Positions 29,417 to 42,967 of a DNA stretch of 64,000 nucleotides are shown here, in pieces. The DNA lies in NCBI GenBank assembly GCA_947495165.1, contig CANLXM010000003.1, positions 468,041 to 532,040 on the forward strand. Direction: 5' to 3'. The notes under the pieces were generated by a model. It had not been told where the DNA came from. It did no database searches and worked only from the letters and a program-made list of their open reading frames with translations. The translations under genes and the position numbers were made by a program. Position 1 is the stretch's first letter. Every line of letters starts with the position of its first letter. Source of the stretch: an uncultured Cellulomonadaceae bacterium. Its GTDB lineage: Bacteria; Actinomycetota; Actinomycetes; Actinomycetales; Cellulomonadaceae.

Positions 29417-30804
29417 GCCCCCGTCCCACCTCCGCCTCCGTGCTCGTCACCGGCGCGTCGCTCCTGGGCGAGGACGTGCGCGACGTCCTCGTGGTCGACG
29501 GCGTGATCGCTGCGATCGCCGACGCCGGGACGCTGGCCGCCGACCCGCGCGCGGACGGGGTCCGCCACGTCGACGGCTCCGGCCTCGTTCTGCTGCCCGG
29601 CCTCGTGGACCTGCACACGCACCTGCGCGAGCCCGGCCGCGAGGACGCGGAGACCGTGCTGTCCGGCACACGGGCCGCCGCAGCCGGCGGCTTCACCGCC
29701 GTGCACGCCATGGCCAACACGACCCCGGTCGCAGACACCGCGGGCGTCGTCGAGCAGGTGTGGCGGCTGGGGCGCGACGCCGGCTGGGTCGACGTCTTTC
29801 CCGTCGGTGCGGTCTCGGTCGGCCTCGAGGGCACGCAGCTCGCGGAGCTGGGCGCGATGGCCACGTCGGCGGCGCGCGTGCGGGTGTTCTCCGACGACGG
29901 CAAGTGCGTGCACGACCCGGTCCTGATGCGCCGGGCGCTCGAGTACGTCAAGGCGTTCGACGGCGTCGTCGCCCAGCACGCCCAGGAGCCGCGCCTGACT
30001 GAGGGCGCACAGATGCACGAGGGCGTCGTCTCCGCGGAGATCGGGCTGCGTGGCTGGCCGGCGGTCGCCGAGGAGGCGATCATCGCCCGCGACGTGCTGC
30101 TCGCCGAGCACGTGGGCTCCCGGTTGCATGTGTGCCACCTGTCCACGGCCGGGTCCGTCGAGATCATCCGGTGGGCCAAGAGCCGCGGTCTGCCGGTCAC
30201 GGCCGAGGTCACGCCGCACCACCTGTTCCTGACCGACGAGCACGCCCGGGGCTACGACCCGGTGTTCAAGGTCAACCCGCCGCTGCGCACGGAGGCCGAC
30301 GTCGAGGCCGTCCGCGCGGGGCTCGCCGACGGCACGATCGACATCGTCGCCACGGACCACGCCCCGCACAGCCGCGAGGACAAGGACTGCGAGTGGGACG
30401 CCGCCGCGTTCGGCATGACGGGCCTCGAGACCGCCCTGCGCGTGGTGCAGGCCGCCATGGTCGACACCGGTCGCATGACCTGGGCCGACGTCGCGCGGGT
30501 CATGTCCGCCAACCCCGCGCAGATCGGGCGCGTGGACGAGGGCCCGACGGCGCAGGGTCGGCCGTTGGCCGTCGGCGAGCCGGCCAACCTGACGTTGATC
30601 GACCCGGCGGCGCGCGCCGTCGTCGTCCCGCGGGAGCAGGCGACGCAGAGCGAGAACTCGCCCTACCGGGGCGCCGAGCTGCCCGGGCGCGTCGTCGCGA
30701 CGTTCCTGCGCGGGCGGGCGACCGTCCTCGACGCGCGCCCCGTGGCCCCGGCCGGCGCGACCGCCTTCGACGCGCTGTCCGCCACCGACGGGACGGACGA
30801 CTGA
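29413..30804 (+). CDS. pyrC: dihydroorotase
   Basis: [10 protein letters not shown], an HxH metal site, [12 protein letters not shown] overlap with pyrB. Confidence 0.94.
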
Positions 30805-31349
30805 TGGGCAGCGTCCCGGTCCCCGTCTCGATCGGATTCCTCGTCGCTCTGCTCCTGGTCGTCTGGGGCGCGATGCTGCTCGGGTGGCGGCGCCAGCGCG
30901 CCCGCGCGGTCCCGCTCGTCACGGAGCTCCCGCAGCCGCCCGGGGATCTCGGCACGGCGCGCAGCGCGCAGGTCCCGGCCGTCTACGTGACGTCGACGAC
31001 GTCGGGGGACTGGCTCGCCCGGGTCTCGACCCGGAGCCTCGGCTTCCGCTCCCGCGCCACCGTCCAGGTGTTCGACGCCGGCGTCATGATCTGGCGCAAG
31101 GGCGCCGCCGACGTCTTCGTCCCGGTCGCCTCGCTGCGCGGCGTGCGCCGCACCTCCGGCATGGCAGGCAAGTTCGTCGGCGACGGCTCGATCGTGGTCC
31201 TCACCTGGGACATCCCGGGAGAGGCCGGCGAGCTCGACACCGGCCTGCGCCCGGACCACCGCCACGACCGCGACCTCCTCGAGCAGGCGGTCGCCTCGCT
31301 GCTGCCCGCCGACGCCTCCGCACCCCACGACCCCAAGGAGCAGTCATGA
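30804..31349 (+). CDS. conserved membrane-anchored protein embedded in the pyr operon (one TM helix plus a PH-like beta domain)
   Basis: ATG at 30804 overlaps the pyrC stop, and the gene's own stop overlaps the carA ATG. TM helix [21 protein letters not shown]. This matches the position of the uncharacterised membrane protein between pyrC and carA in mycobacteria. Confidence 0.75.
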   Translation: MGSVPVPVSIGFLVALLLVVWGAMLLGWRRQRARAVPLVTELPQPPGDLGTARSAQVPAVYVTSTTSGDWLARVSTRSLGFRSRATVQVFDAGVMIWRKGAADVFVPVASLRGVRRTSGMAGKFVGDGSIVVLTWDIPGEAGELDTGLRPDHRHDRDLLEQAVASLLPADASAPHDPKEQS

Positions 31350-32595
31350 CTGCCGACACCATCAGCCCTCTGCTCGGCGAGCACCCCGAGGACGCCGCGG
31401 TCCTGGTCCTCGAGGACGGGCGGGCGTTCTCCGGCCGCGCCTTCGGGGCGACGGGTACCACGACGGGCGAGGTCGTCTTCAACACCGGGATGACCGGCTA
31501 CCAGGAGACGCTCACCGACCCGTCCTACCACCGCCAGATCGTCGTGATGACCGCCCCGCACATCGGCAACACGGGCGTCAACGACGAGGACCCCGAGTCC
31601 CACAAGATCTGGGTCTCGGGCTTCGTCGTGCGCGACCCCGCGCGCCGGGCCTCGAACTGGCGCTCCGAGCGTTCGCTCGACGAGGAGCTGCGCGCCCAGG
31701 GCGTCGTCGGCATCAGCGACATCGACACCCGCGCGCTCACACGCCACCTGCGCGAGCGCGGGGTCATGCGCGGCGGGGTGTTCTCGGGCGAGGCGCTCCT
31801 GGAGCACGGCTACCCCCGACGGGTCGAGTCGCTCGTCCAGGAGGTCGCCGGCGCCCCGGCGATGGCGGGAGCCGACCTGACGGGCGAGGTCAGCACGCCG
31901 GAGGCGTACGTCGTCGAGCCCTCGGGCCCTGGCGCGGCGCACACGGTCGTCGCGATCGACCTGGGGATCAAGTCGATGACGCCCCAGCGCCTCGCGGAGC
32001 GTGGGATGCGCGTGCACGTGCTCCCGGCCGACGCGACGATCGCGGACATCCAGGCGCTCGCGCCGGACGGGGTGTTCTTCTCGAACGGCCCCGGAGACCC
32101 GAGCGCCGCGACCCACGCCGTGGCACTCCTGCGCGAGGTCCTGGACGCGGGGCTGCCGTACTTCGGCATCTGCTTCGGCAACCAGATCCTCGGCCGCGCG
32201 CTGGGATTCGGCACCTACAAGCTGGAGTACGGGCACCGCGGCATCAACCAGCCGGTGCTCGACGTGCGCACCGGCAAGGTGGAGATCACCTCGCACAACC
32301 ACGGGTTCGCGGTCGACGCCCCGATCGGGCAGGAGGCCACCGCCCCGCACGACGGCGGGAGGTACGGCCGCGTGGTCGTGTCCCACGTCGGGCTGAACGA
32401 CGACGTCGTCGAGGGCCTCGAGTGCCTCGACGTGCCCGCCTTCTCGGTGCAGTACCACCCCGAGGCTGCGGCCGGCCCGCACGACGCCGCCTACCTGTTC
32501 GACCGCTTCGCCGACCTGATGAGCTCGGGCGCGCGCTCGGCGTCGGGCCTCTCGGCCTCCGACGCGACCGACGCTGCCAGCACCAAGGAGAACTG

Positions 32596-32596
<1 letters not shown>
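31346..32596 (+). CDS. carA: carbamoyl-phosphate synthase small (glutaminase) subunit
   Basis: [17 protein letters not shown], the GATase triad region GICFGNQ, and HNHGF. The ORF-track start at 30884 is upstream read-through. Confidence 0.96.
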
Positions 32597-35930
<3,334 letters not shown>

Positions 35931-35934
<4 letters not shown>

Positions 35935-36794
35935 GCGCGCGGGAGCCCTTCGGGGCGCGCCTCGCGGCGGCGATGGACGACGCCGGCCCCATGTGCGCGG
36001 GCATCGACCCGCACCCGGGCATCCTCGCGGACTGGGGCTTGTCCGACGACGCGGCCGGGGTCCGGGAGCTCGGCCTGCGGGTGGTCGAGGCGCTGCAGGG
36101 CACGGTCGCCGCCGTCAAGCCGCAGTCGGCGTTCTTCGAGCGGCACGGGTCGGCGGGGGTGGCCGCGCTCGAGGACGTGCTGGCCGCGTCGCACGCCGCC
36201 GGTCTGCTGACGGTGCTGGACGCCAAGCGCGGCGACATCGGGTCCACGATGGCGGCGTACGCCGACGCGTACCTGCGGGACGGCTCACCGCTGGCGGCCG
36301 ACGCCCTGACCGTGTCGCCCTACCTGGGCTTCGGTGCGCTCGACCCTGCGGTCACGGCGGCGCTCGAGACGGGGCGCGGGCTGTTCGTGCTGTGCCTCAC
36401 CTCGAACCCCGAGGGCCCGAGCGTGCAGCACGCGCGCCGGGGCGCCGGGGCGAGCACGGTGACGGTCGCGGCGCAGGTGGCTGCCGCGGCCGCGCAGCTC
36501 AACGCGGGCGTCGCGCCGCTCGGGTCGATCGGGCTGGTCGTGGGCGCCACGGTGGGGGAGGCCGTCCGAGCGACGGGCACGGACCTCGCGGCCGTGAACG
36601 GCCCCCTCCTCGCGCCGGGAGTCGGCGCGCAGGGCGCGGGTGCGCGCGAGCTCGCCACCGTGTTCGCAGGCGCCGGCCGTGCCGTCCTCGCGACGTCCTC
36701 CCGGTCGATCCTGGCCGCCGGCCCGGACCGCGGAGCGCTGCGGGCCGCCGCGCGCGAGGCATCGGCCCAGGCACGCGCAGCCTTGCGCGAATGA
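35931..36794 (+). CDS. pyrF: orotidine 5'-phosphate decarboxylase (long, type 2)
   Basis: ATGA overlap with car[30 protein letters not shown]. Confidence 0.93.
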
Positions 36795-36893
36795 CGCGCG
36801 CCATTGCCGGGCGCCCCGAGGGTCGCTAGGTTCGGGACTAGGTGCACCCAGTGCCTGGACGTGTCCGGCGAACGGCGAAGAAGGTGGCGGCTC

Positions 36894-37205
36894 ATGGCTC
36901 TTCCCTCCCTGACCCCTGAACAGCGGGCCGCTGCGCTCGAGAAGGCAGCCGAGGCGCGGCGTGTGCGCGCCGAGATCAAGGGGCGCCTGAAGTACTCTCA
37001 GGACTCCTTGTCCTCCGTGATCGAGTCCGGCAAGACGGACGACGTCATCGGCAAGATGAAGGTGTCGGCCCTCCTGGAGGCGCTGCCCGGCGTCGGCAAG
37101 GTCAAGGCACGCGCGATCATGGCTGAGGTCGGCATCGCGTCCACCCGCCGTGTCCGCGGTCTCGGTCACCACCAGGCAGCGGCACTCATCGAGAGGTTTG
37201 GCTGA
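36894..37205 (+). CDS. mihF: integration host factor MihF
   Basis: [41 protein letters not shown] candidate promoter TTGCCG-17 nt-TAGGTT lies at 36804-36832. Confidence 0.9.
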   Translation: MALPSLTPEQRAAALEKAAEARRVRAEIKGRLKYSQDSLSSVIESGKTDDVIGKMKVSALLEALPGVGKVKARAIMAEVGIASTRRVRGLGHHQAAALIERFG

Positions 37206-37815
37206 GATTTCCACCGAGACTCCCGCCGTCGACCCTGCTGGCACCGCCGCGACACCCTCTCGGCTGACCGTCCTCGCCGGCCCTACCGCCGTCGGCAAGG
37301 GCACCGTCTCGGCTGACCTGCGTGCCCGCTATCCCGACGTCTGGCTGTCGGTGTCCGCGACGACGCGCGCGCCGCGCCCGGGCGAGGTGGACGGGGTGCA
37401 CTATCACTTCCTCTCGACCGAGGAGTTCGACCGGCTCGACGCCGCGGGCGAGCTCCTCGAGTCCGCGGTCGTGCACGGCCGCAACCGGTACGGGACGCTC
37501 CGGGGTCCGGTGGCGCAGCGGCTCGCGGAGGGCAAGACGGCGCTGCTCGAGATCGACCTGCAGGGCGCGCGGCAGGTCCGCCAGTCCATGCCCGACGCCA
37601 GGTTCGTGTTCCTCGCGCCGCCGAGCTTCGACGAGCTCGTCCGACGCCTGGTCGGTCGCGGCACCGAGGACGCAGAGGAGCGTGAGCGCCGGCTCGCGAC
37701 GGCCCGTGTCGAGATGGCCGCGGCCCCGGAGTTCGACCACGTGATCGTCAACGACGACGTGCGTCGTGCGACCGACGAGCTGGTCAGCGTGATGGGCCTC
37801 GCACCGCACGCGTGA
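37198..37815 (+). CDS. gmk: guanylate kinase
   Basis: P-loop [28 protein letters not shown]. The start is uncertain. The TTG at 37198 is chosen because the ATG at 37150 would overlap mihF by 56 nt. Confidence 0.88.
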   Translation: MAEISTETPAVDPAGTAATPSRLTVLAGPTAVGKGTVSADLRARYPDVWLSVSATTRAPRPGEVDGVHYHFLSTEEFDRLDAAGELLESAVVHGRNRYGTLRGPVAQRLAEGKTALLEIDLQGARQVRQSMPDARFVFLAPPSFDELVRRLVGRGTEDAEERERRLATARVEMAAAPEFDHVIVNDDVRRATDELVSVMGLAPHA

Positions 37816-37900
37816 GTCTTGGCGTGGACGCCCGGCCGGACGCCCGCGTGCACTGATAGCATGGTCCGTTGATCAACCCCTCAACTCTCGGAGTTCACCT

Positions 37901-38179
37901 GTGTCTGGAACTGTCGCTCAGCCCGTGGGCATCACCGACCCGCCCATCGACGACCTGCTCGAGCGGGCCGACTCCAAGTACGCGCTCGTCGTGTACTCGG
38001 CCAAGCGCGCGCGGCAGATCAACGCGTACTACTCCCAGCTCTCCGAGGGCCTGCTCGAGTTCGTCGGCCCGCTCGTCGAGACCCGGCACCAGGAGAAGCC
38101 CCTCTCCATCGCGATGCGCGAGATCAACGAGGGCCTGCTGACGGTCACCGAGACCGAGCCCGAGGCCGCTGGCGCCTGA
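37901..38179 (+). CDS. rpoZ: DNA-directed RNA polymerase subunit omega
   Basis: [29 protein letters not shown] start. Confidence 0.93.
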   Translation: MSGTVAQPVGITDPPIDDLLERADSKYALVVYSAKRARQINAYYSQLSEGLLEFVGPLVETRHQEKPLSIAMREINEGLLTVTETEPEAAGA

Positions 38180-38238
38180 GCCAGTCCCGCCAGCCTCGGG
38201 CGCCACGGCGCCCGAGGCCGCGCTGAAGGAGAAGACCC

Positions 38239-39468
38239 GTGCGGATCATCCTGGGCGTGAGCGCCGGGATCGCGGCCTACAAGGCCGCGCTCCTGCTGCG
38301 CCAGCTGCGCGAGGCCGGCCATGCCGTGCGGGTCGTGCCGACCGAGTCGAGCTACGCGTTCGTGGGCCGGGCCACCTGGGAAGCCCTGTCGGGGGAGCCC
38401 GCCACGCACGAGGTCTTCGACGCGGTGCCCGACGTCGCCCACGTGCGCCTCGGCCAGGGGGCTGACCTCGTCATCGTCGCCCCGGCCACCGCCGACGTGC
38501 TGGCCAAGGCCGCCGCAGGTCGAGCAGACGACCTCCTCACGACGACGCTCCTGACCGTGCGGTGCCCCGTTCTCGTCGCCCCGGCGATGCACACGGAGAT
38601 GTGGCTGCACCCGGCCACGCAGGCGAACGTCGCGACGCTGCGCGGCCGCGGCGTGCACGTGCTCGAGCCCGCCACGGGGCGCCTCACCGGAGCCGACTCG
38701 GGTCCGGGACGCCTGCCGGAACCGCACGAGATCGCGGCGGCCGCCCTCGCCCTCGTGGCAGGCCCGGCCCGCCCCGCCGGCGACGGCAGCCGCACAGACC
38801 TGGCCGGCCGTCGGGTGGTCGTGAGCGCGGGAGGCACGCTCGAGCCCATCGACCCGGTGCGCTTCCTGGGCAATCGGTCCACCGGCCGCCAGGGCATCGC
38901 CCTCGCCGAGGCCGCGGCCGCCCGCGGCGCCGCCGTCACGCTGGTCGCGGCCAACGTTCAGCTCGAGGTCCCCGCGGGCATCGAGGTGGTCCGCGTCGAG
39001 ACGGCCGCGGAGCTCGAGACGGAGATGATCGCCCGGGCGCCCGAGGCCGACGTCGTCGTCATGGCCGCCGCCGTCGCGGACTTCCGCCCCGCCCGCACCG
39101 CGGCCACCAAGATCAAGAAGACCGCCGGCGGCGCGGCACCGCTCATCGAGCTGGTCGAGAACCCGGACATCCTGGCGGGCCTGGGAGCCGGGCGCCGGCC
39201 GGGTCAGGTCATCGTCGGCTTCGCTGCCGAGACCGGGGACGAGCGCGCGAGCGTCGTCGAGCACGGCCGTGCGAAGGCCCGGCGCAAGGGGGCCGACCTG
39301 ATGGCGATCAACGACGTGTCGGCCGGGCGCGGCTTCGGCGCACCCGACAACGCGGTGGTCGTCGTGGACCAGGGGGGCGACGTCGTCGCCGAGGCGACCG
39401 GGAGCAAGCGCGAGGTCGCCGACGCGCTCCTGGACGCCGTCGGTGGGCTGCTCGCGGCGGCGAGGTGA
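38239..39468 (+). CDS. coaBC: bifunctional phosphopantothenoylcysteine decarboxylase / phosphopantothenate-cysteine ligase
   Basis: Flavoprotein N-domain (ILGVSAGIAAYKA, PAMHTEMW) and CoaB C-domain (ISNRSTGRQG-like FLGNRSTGRQG, AAAVADFRP). Confidence 0.94.
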   Translation: MRIILGVSAGIAAYKAALLLRQLREAGHAVRVVPTESSYAFVGRATWEALSGEPATHEVFDAVPDVAHVRLGQGADLVIVAPATADVLAKAAAGRADDLLTTTLLTVRCPVLVAPAMHTEMWLHPATQANVATLRGRGVHVLEPATGRLTGADSGPGRLPEPHEIAAAALALVAGPARPAGDGSRTDLAGRRVVVSAGGTLEPIDPVRFLGNRSTGRQGIALAEAAAARGAAVTLVAANVQLEVPAGIEVVRVETAAELETEMIARAPEADVVVMAAAVADFRPARTAATKIKKTAGGAAPLIELVENPDILAGLGAGRRPGQVIVGFAAETGDERASVVEHGRAKARRKGADLMAINDVSAGRGFGAPDNAVVVVDQGGDVVAEATGSKREVADALLDAVGGLLAAAR

Positions 39469-39548
39469 AGGCCCGTACCGCGGGCGAGTGACGGTCGTCT
39501 CACGGACGGGTCGCGGTGGATCGGTGGCAGGCGTCTAGGCTGGCACGC

Positions 39549-40757
39549 ATGACCGACCAGCTGCGCCTCTTCACGTCCGAGTCCGTGACGGAGGGCCACC
39601 CCGACAAGGTGTGCGACCAGATCTCCGACGCGATCCTCGACGCGATCCTCGACCAGGACCCGCGAGCACGCGTGGCGGTCGAGACGATGGTGACCACCGG
39701 GCTCGTGCACGTCGCCGGCGAGGTCAGCACCGAGGCCTACGTCGAGATCCCGCAGATCGTGCGCGAGGTCGTCACCGGGATCGGCTACACGTCCTCCAAG
39801 GTGGGCTTCGACGGCGCGTCCTGCGGCGTGTCCGTGTCGATCGGGCAGCAGTCGCCGGACATCGCGCAGGGCGTCGACCAGGCGCTCGAGACGCGGACCG
39901 ACCCGTCCGACGTCGACGCTCTCGACGCCCAGGGCGCCGGCGACCAGGGGCTGATGTTCGGCTACGCCAGCACCGACACCGCCCAGCTGATGCCGCTGCC
40001 GATCTGGCTCGCGCACCGGCTCGCCGAGCGCCTGGCGAGCGTGCGCAAGAGCGGCGAGGTCGCGGGACTGCGGCCTGACGGCAAGACGCAGGTGACCATC
40101 GAGTACGACGGCGACCGTCCGGTGCGGCTCGACACCGTCCTGCTCTCGAGCCAGCACGACGGCGACGTCGCGCAGGCGCGCCTGGCGGCAGACATCGACG
40201 AGGTTGTGGTGCGGCCCGTGCTCGCCGCGGTGGACCTGGACCTGGACACGTCCGGCTACGACCTGCTGGTGAACCCGACCGGCCGGTTCGAGATCGGTGG
40301 ACCGCAGGGTGACGCCGGGCTGACCGGCCGCAAGATCATCGTCGACACCTACGGCGGCATGGCGCGCCACGGCGGCGGTGCCTTCTCCGGCAAGGACCCG
40401 TCCAAGGTGGACCGCTCCGCCGCCTACGCGACCCGTTGGGTCGCCAAGAACGTCGTCGCCGCCGGCCTTGCCACGCGCTGCGAGGTGCAGGTCTCCTATG
40501 CGATCGGCCGCGCGCACCCCGTCGGCGTGTACGTCGAGACCTTCGGCACCGAGACGGTCCCGGCCGCCGCCATCAGCGCGGCCATCCGGGAGGTGTTCGA
40601 TCTCCGCCCTGCGGCGATCGTGCGCGACCTCGACCTGCTGCGCCCGATCTACCGGCAGACGGCCGCCTACGGACACTTCGGCCGCGAGCTCGCCGACTTC
40701 ACGTGGGAGCAGACGAACCGCGTGGACGAGCTGCGCGCCGCTGTCGGACGCGTCTGA
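39549..40757 (+). CDS. metK: S-adenosylmethionine synthase
   Basis: [55 protein letters not shown]. Confidence 0.97.
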   Translation: MTDQLRLFTSESVTEGHPDKVCDQISDAILDAILDQDPRARVAVETMVTTGLVHVAGEVSTEAYVEIPQIVREVVTGIGYTSSKVGFDGASCGVSVSIGQQSPDIAQGVDQALETRTDPSDVDALDAQGAGDQGLMFGYASTDTAQLMPLPIWLAHRLAERLASVRKSGEVAGLRPDGKTQVTIEYDGDRPVRLDTVLLSSQHDGDVAQARLAADIDEVVVRPVLAAVDLDLDTSGYDLLVNPTGRFEIGGPQGDAGLTGRKIIVDTYGGMARHGGGAFSGKDPSKVDRSAAYATRWVAKNVVAAGLATRCEVQVSYAIGRAHPVGVYVETFGTETVPAAAISAAIREVFDLRPAAIVRDLDLLRPIYRQTAAYGHFGRELADFTWEQTNRVDELRAAVGRV

Positions 40758-40770
40758 CACGATCACCCGT

Positions 40771-42876
40771 GTGACCGACCCCGCCGCGCAGCAGCCTGCC
40801 CTCCCGGGCATGCCGGTGCGACGCCCGCGCGCGGTCGGCGCCCAGGACATCGAGCCCGCTGCGGTCGATCCGGTGGCCCGGGTCGTCGTGGACGTCCCGG
40901 TGCCGCACCTCGACCGGCTCTTCGACTACGTCGTCCCGGCGTCGATGGCCGACGCCGCCCAGCCCGGTACGCGGGTCAAGGTCCGGTTCGGCGCCAAGGA
41001 CGTGGACGGCTACGTCGTCGAGCGTGTCGCCGCCTCCGACCACCCGGGGTCGCTCGCCTTCCTGCGCCGTGTCGTCTCGCCCGAGCCTGTCCTCACCGAA
41101 CCGACGCTCGCCCTGTGCCGCGCGGTCGCCGACCACTACGCAGGAACGCTCGCCGACGTCCTGCGGCTCGCGATCCCCGGGCGCCACGCCCGGACGGAGA
41201 GCGCCGAGCGACCCGGTGCGGACGTCGTCGGGCCGAGCGCGGAGATCGCCGCGCCCGAGGAACGCGTGAGCGCGTGGACTGCGTACGGCGGGGGTCCCGC
41301 GTTTGTGCAGCACGTCCAGGCTGGGCACGCAGCGCGCGCGGTGTGGACCGCGCTGCCCGCGGCCGAGCTGGACCCGGGCGCGGCCAGGCACGGCTGGGCC
41401 GTCGCGCTCGCTCAGCTCCTGCGCGCCTGCCACGACGTCGGGCGCGGCGCTGTCGTCGTCCTGCCCGACGGACGAGACGTGACCCGCCTCCAGCTGGAGC
41501 TGGAGGGCCTCGACCTCTCGGTCGTGGGACGCGGCGGCGGGGCCGTCGCGCGCCTGGTGGCCGACGACGGCCCGGCGGCGCGCTACCGCAGCTTCCTCGC
41601 CGCGCTGCGCGGCGACGCGCGGATCGTCATCGGCACGCGCGGCGCGGCGTTCGCGCCGGTGCAGGACCTGGGCCTGGTGGTGTGCTGGGACGACGCCGAC
41701 CCGAACCACCGCGAGCAGCGCAGCCCTGCCCCGCACACACGCGAGGTGCTCGCCCTGCGGTCGGAGCTGGAGAGCTGCGCTCTGCTGATCGGCTCGCCGT
41801 CGCGGTCCGCCCCGGCGCAGGCGCTCGTCGCCTCCGGGTGGGTGCAGGAGATCGTCGCGGACCGTGCGACGGTCCGGTCCCGGACGCCGCGGGTGCGTGC
41901 GCTCACGTCGGCCGAGCTCGCCGCCGAGGGTGCGGTCGCCCGCATCCCCTCGGCCGCATGGCGGCTGCTGCGGGACGGGCTCGAGCGGGGGCCGGTCCTC
42001 GTGCAGGTGCCGCGCAAGGGATATGTGCCGGTCGTCGTGTGCCAGAGCTGCCGGGAGGTGGCCCGCTGTCGCGAGTGTCACGGACCGCTCGGGCTCGGCG
42101 CCGTCGCGGGTGATCCGCAGTGTGGCTGGTGCGGGCGCCTCGCGGCGGGCTGGCGCTGCCCGGAGTGTTCCGGCGGACAGCTGCGGTTCGCGCGGATCGG
42201 CTCGGACCGCACCGCCGAGGAGCTCGGTCGTGCCTTCCCGGGAGCCACCGTCCGGGTCTCTGGCGCGAGCACCGGGGTGCTGGACGCGTTGCCGGCCAAG
42301 CCGGCCCTCGTCGTCGCGACCCCGGGCGCAGAGCCGGCGGTCGCCGGCGGGTACGCCGCGGCCGTCCTGCTCGACGCCGCCCTCGCGTCGCTGGGCATGA
42401 GCATGTTCGCGACGCACGACGCCCTGCACCGCTGGCTGTCGGCGGCGCAGCTCGTGCGACCCGCAGGCGAGGGCGGCGTGGTGGCGCTCGTCGGTGACGG
42501 CGACCCCGACGCGACGGCTGCGCTCGTGCGCTGGGATCCCGCGGGGTTCGCCGAGCGGGACCACGCCGAGCTCGTCGAGCTCGGGCTCCCGCCTGCCGTC
42601 CGCGTCGCCTCGGTGACGGGCGACCGGATGTCGGTGGCGGCGTTCCTCGACCGTCTCGCCCTGCCCCCCGGAGGAGCGGTCCTCGGTCCGGTCGAGCTCG
42701 CCCCGGAGGCGGGGGAGTCGACGTTGGCCGGCGCACCGGTCCGCGCCATCGTGCGCGCCCCCCGCGGTCAGGGTCGCGCCCTCGCGCACGCGGTCAAGGG
42801 CGCGCTCGGCGGCCGCACCGCCCGCAAGGACCCGGGCGCCGTCGTCGTCCAGCTCGACCCGGCCGAGCTCCTGTAG
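40771..42876 (+). CDS. priA: primosomal protein N' (PriA) homologue with degenerate helicase ATPase motifs
   Basis: N-terminal 3'-DNA-binding domain (VVVDVPVPHLDRLFDYVVP..GTRVKVRFG) and the Cys-rich zinc region CQSC..CREC..CGWC..CPEC. GTG at 40771, just after the metK stop. No GxxGxGKT is visible. Confidence 0.85.
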   Translation: MTDPAAQQPALPGMPVRRPRAVGAQDIEPAAVDPVARVVVDVPVPHLDRLFDYVVPASMADAAQPGTRVKVRFGAKDVDGYVVERVAASDHPGSLAFLRRVVSPEPVLTEPTLALCRAVADHYAGTLADVLRLAIPGRHARTESAERPGADVVGPSAEIAAPEERVSAWTAYGGGPAFVQHVQAGHAARAVWTALPAAELDPGAARHGWAVALAQLLRACHDVGRGAVVVLPDGRDVTRLQLELEGLDLSVVGRGGGAVARLVADDGPAARYRSFLAALRGDARIVIGTRGAAFAPVQDLGLVVCWDDADPNHREQRSPAPHTREVLALRSELESCALLIGSPSRSAPAQALVASGWVQEIVADRATVRSRTPRVRALTSAELAAEGAVARIPSAAWRLLRDGLERGPVLVQVPRKGYVPVVVCQSCREVARCRECHGPLGLGAVAGDPQCGWCGRLAAGWRCPECSGGQLRFARIGSDRTAEELGRAFPGATVRVSGASTGVLDALPAKPALVVATPGAEPAVAGGYAAAVLLDAALASLGMSMFATHDALHRWLSAAQLVRPAGEGGVVALVGDGDPDATAALVRWDPAGFAERDHAELVELGLPPAVRVASVTGDRMSVAAFLDRLALPPGGAVLGPVELAPEAGESTLAGAPVRAIVRAPRGQGRALAHAVKGALGGRTARKDPGAVVVQLDPAELL

Positions 42877-42967
42877 CCGGCACGGCCGCGTGTCATGGCG
42901 CGGGCCGCGGGGTGCTGCGTGCGAGAGTGGTGCTGCAGCATGGAGCAGGACGGAAGCAGGGGAACTG

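Noticed and set aside
39469-39548. Possible SAM riboswitch upstream of metK
   Set aside because: The gap is only 80 nt and I could not find any recognisable SAM-I or SAM-IV core. No structure beyond generic GC pairing is visible.
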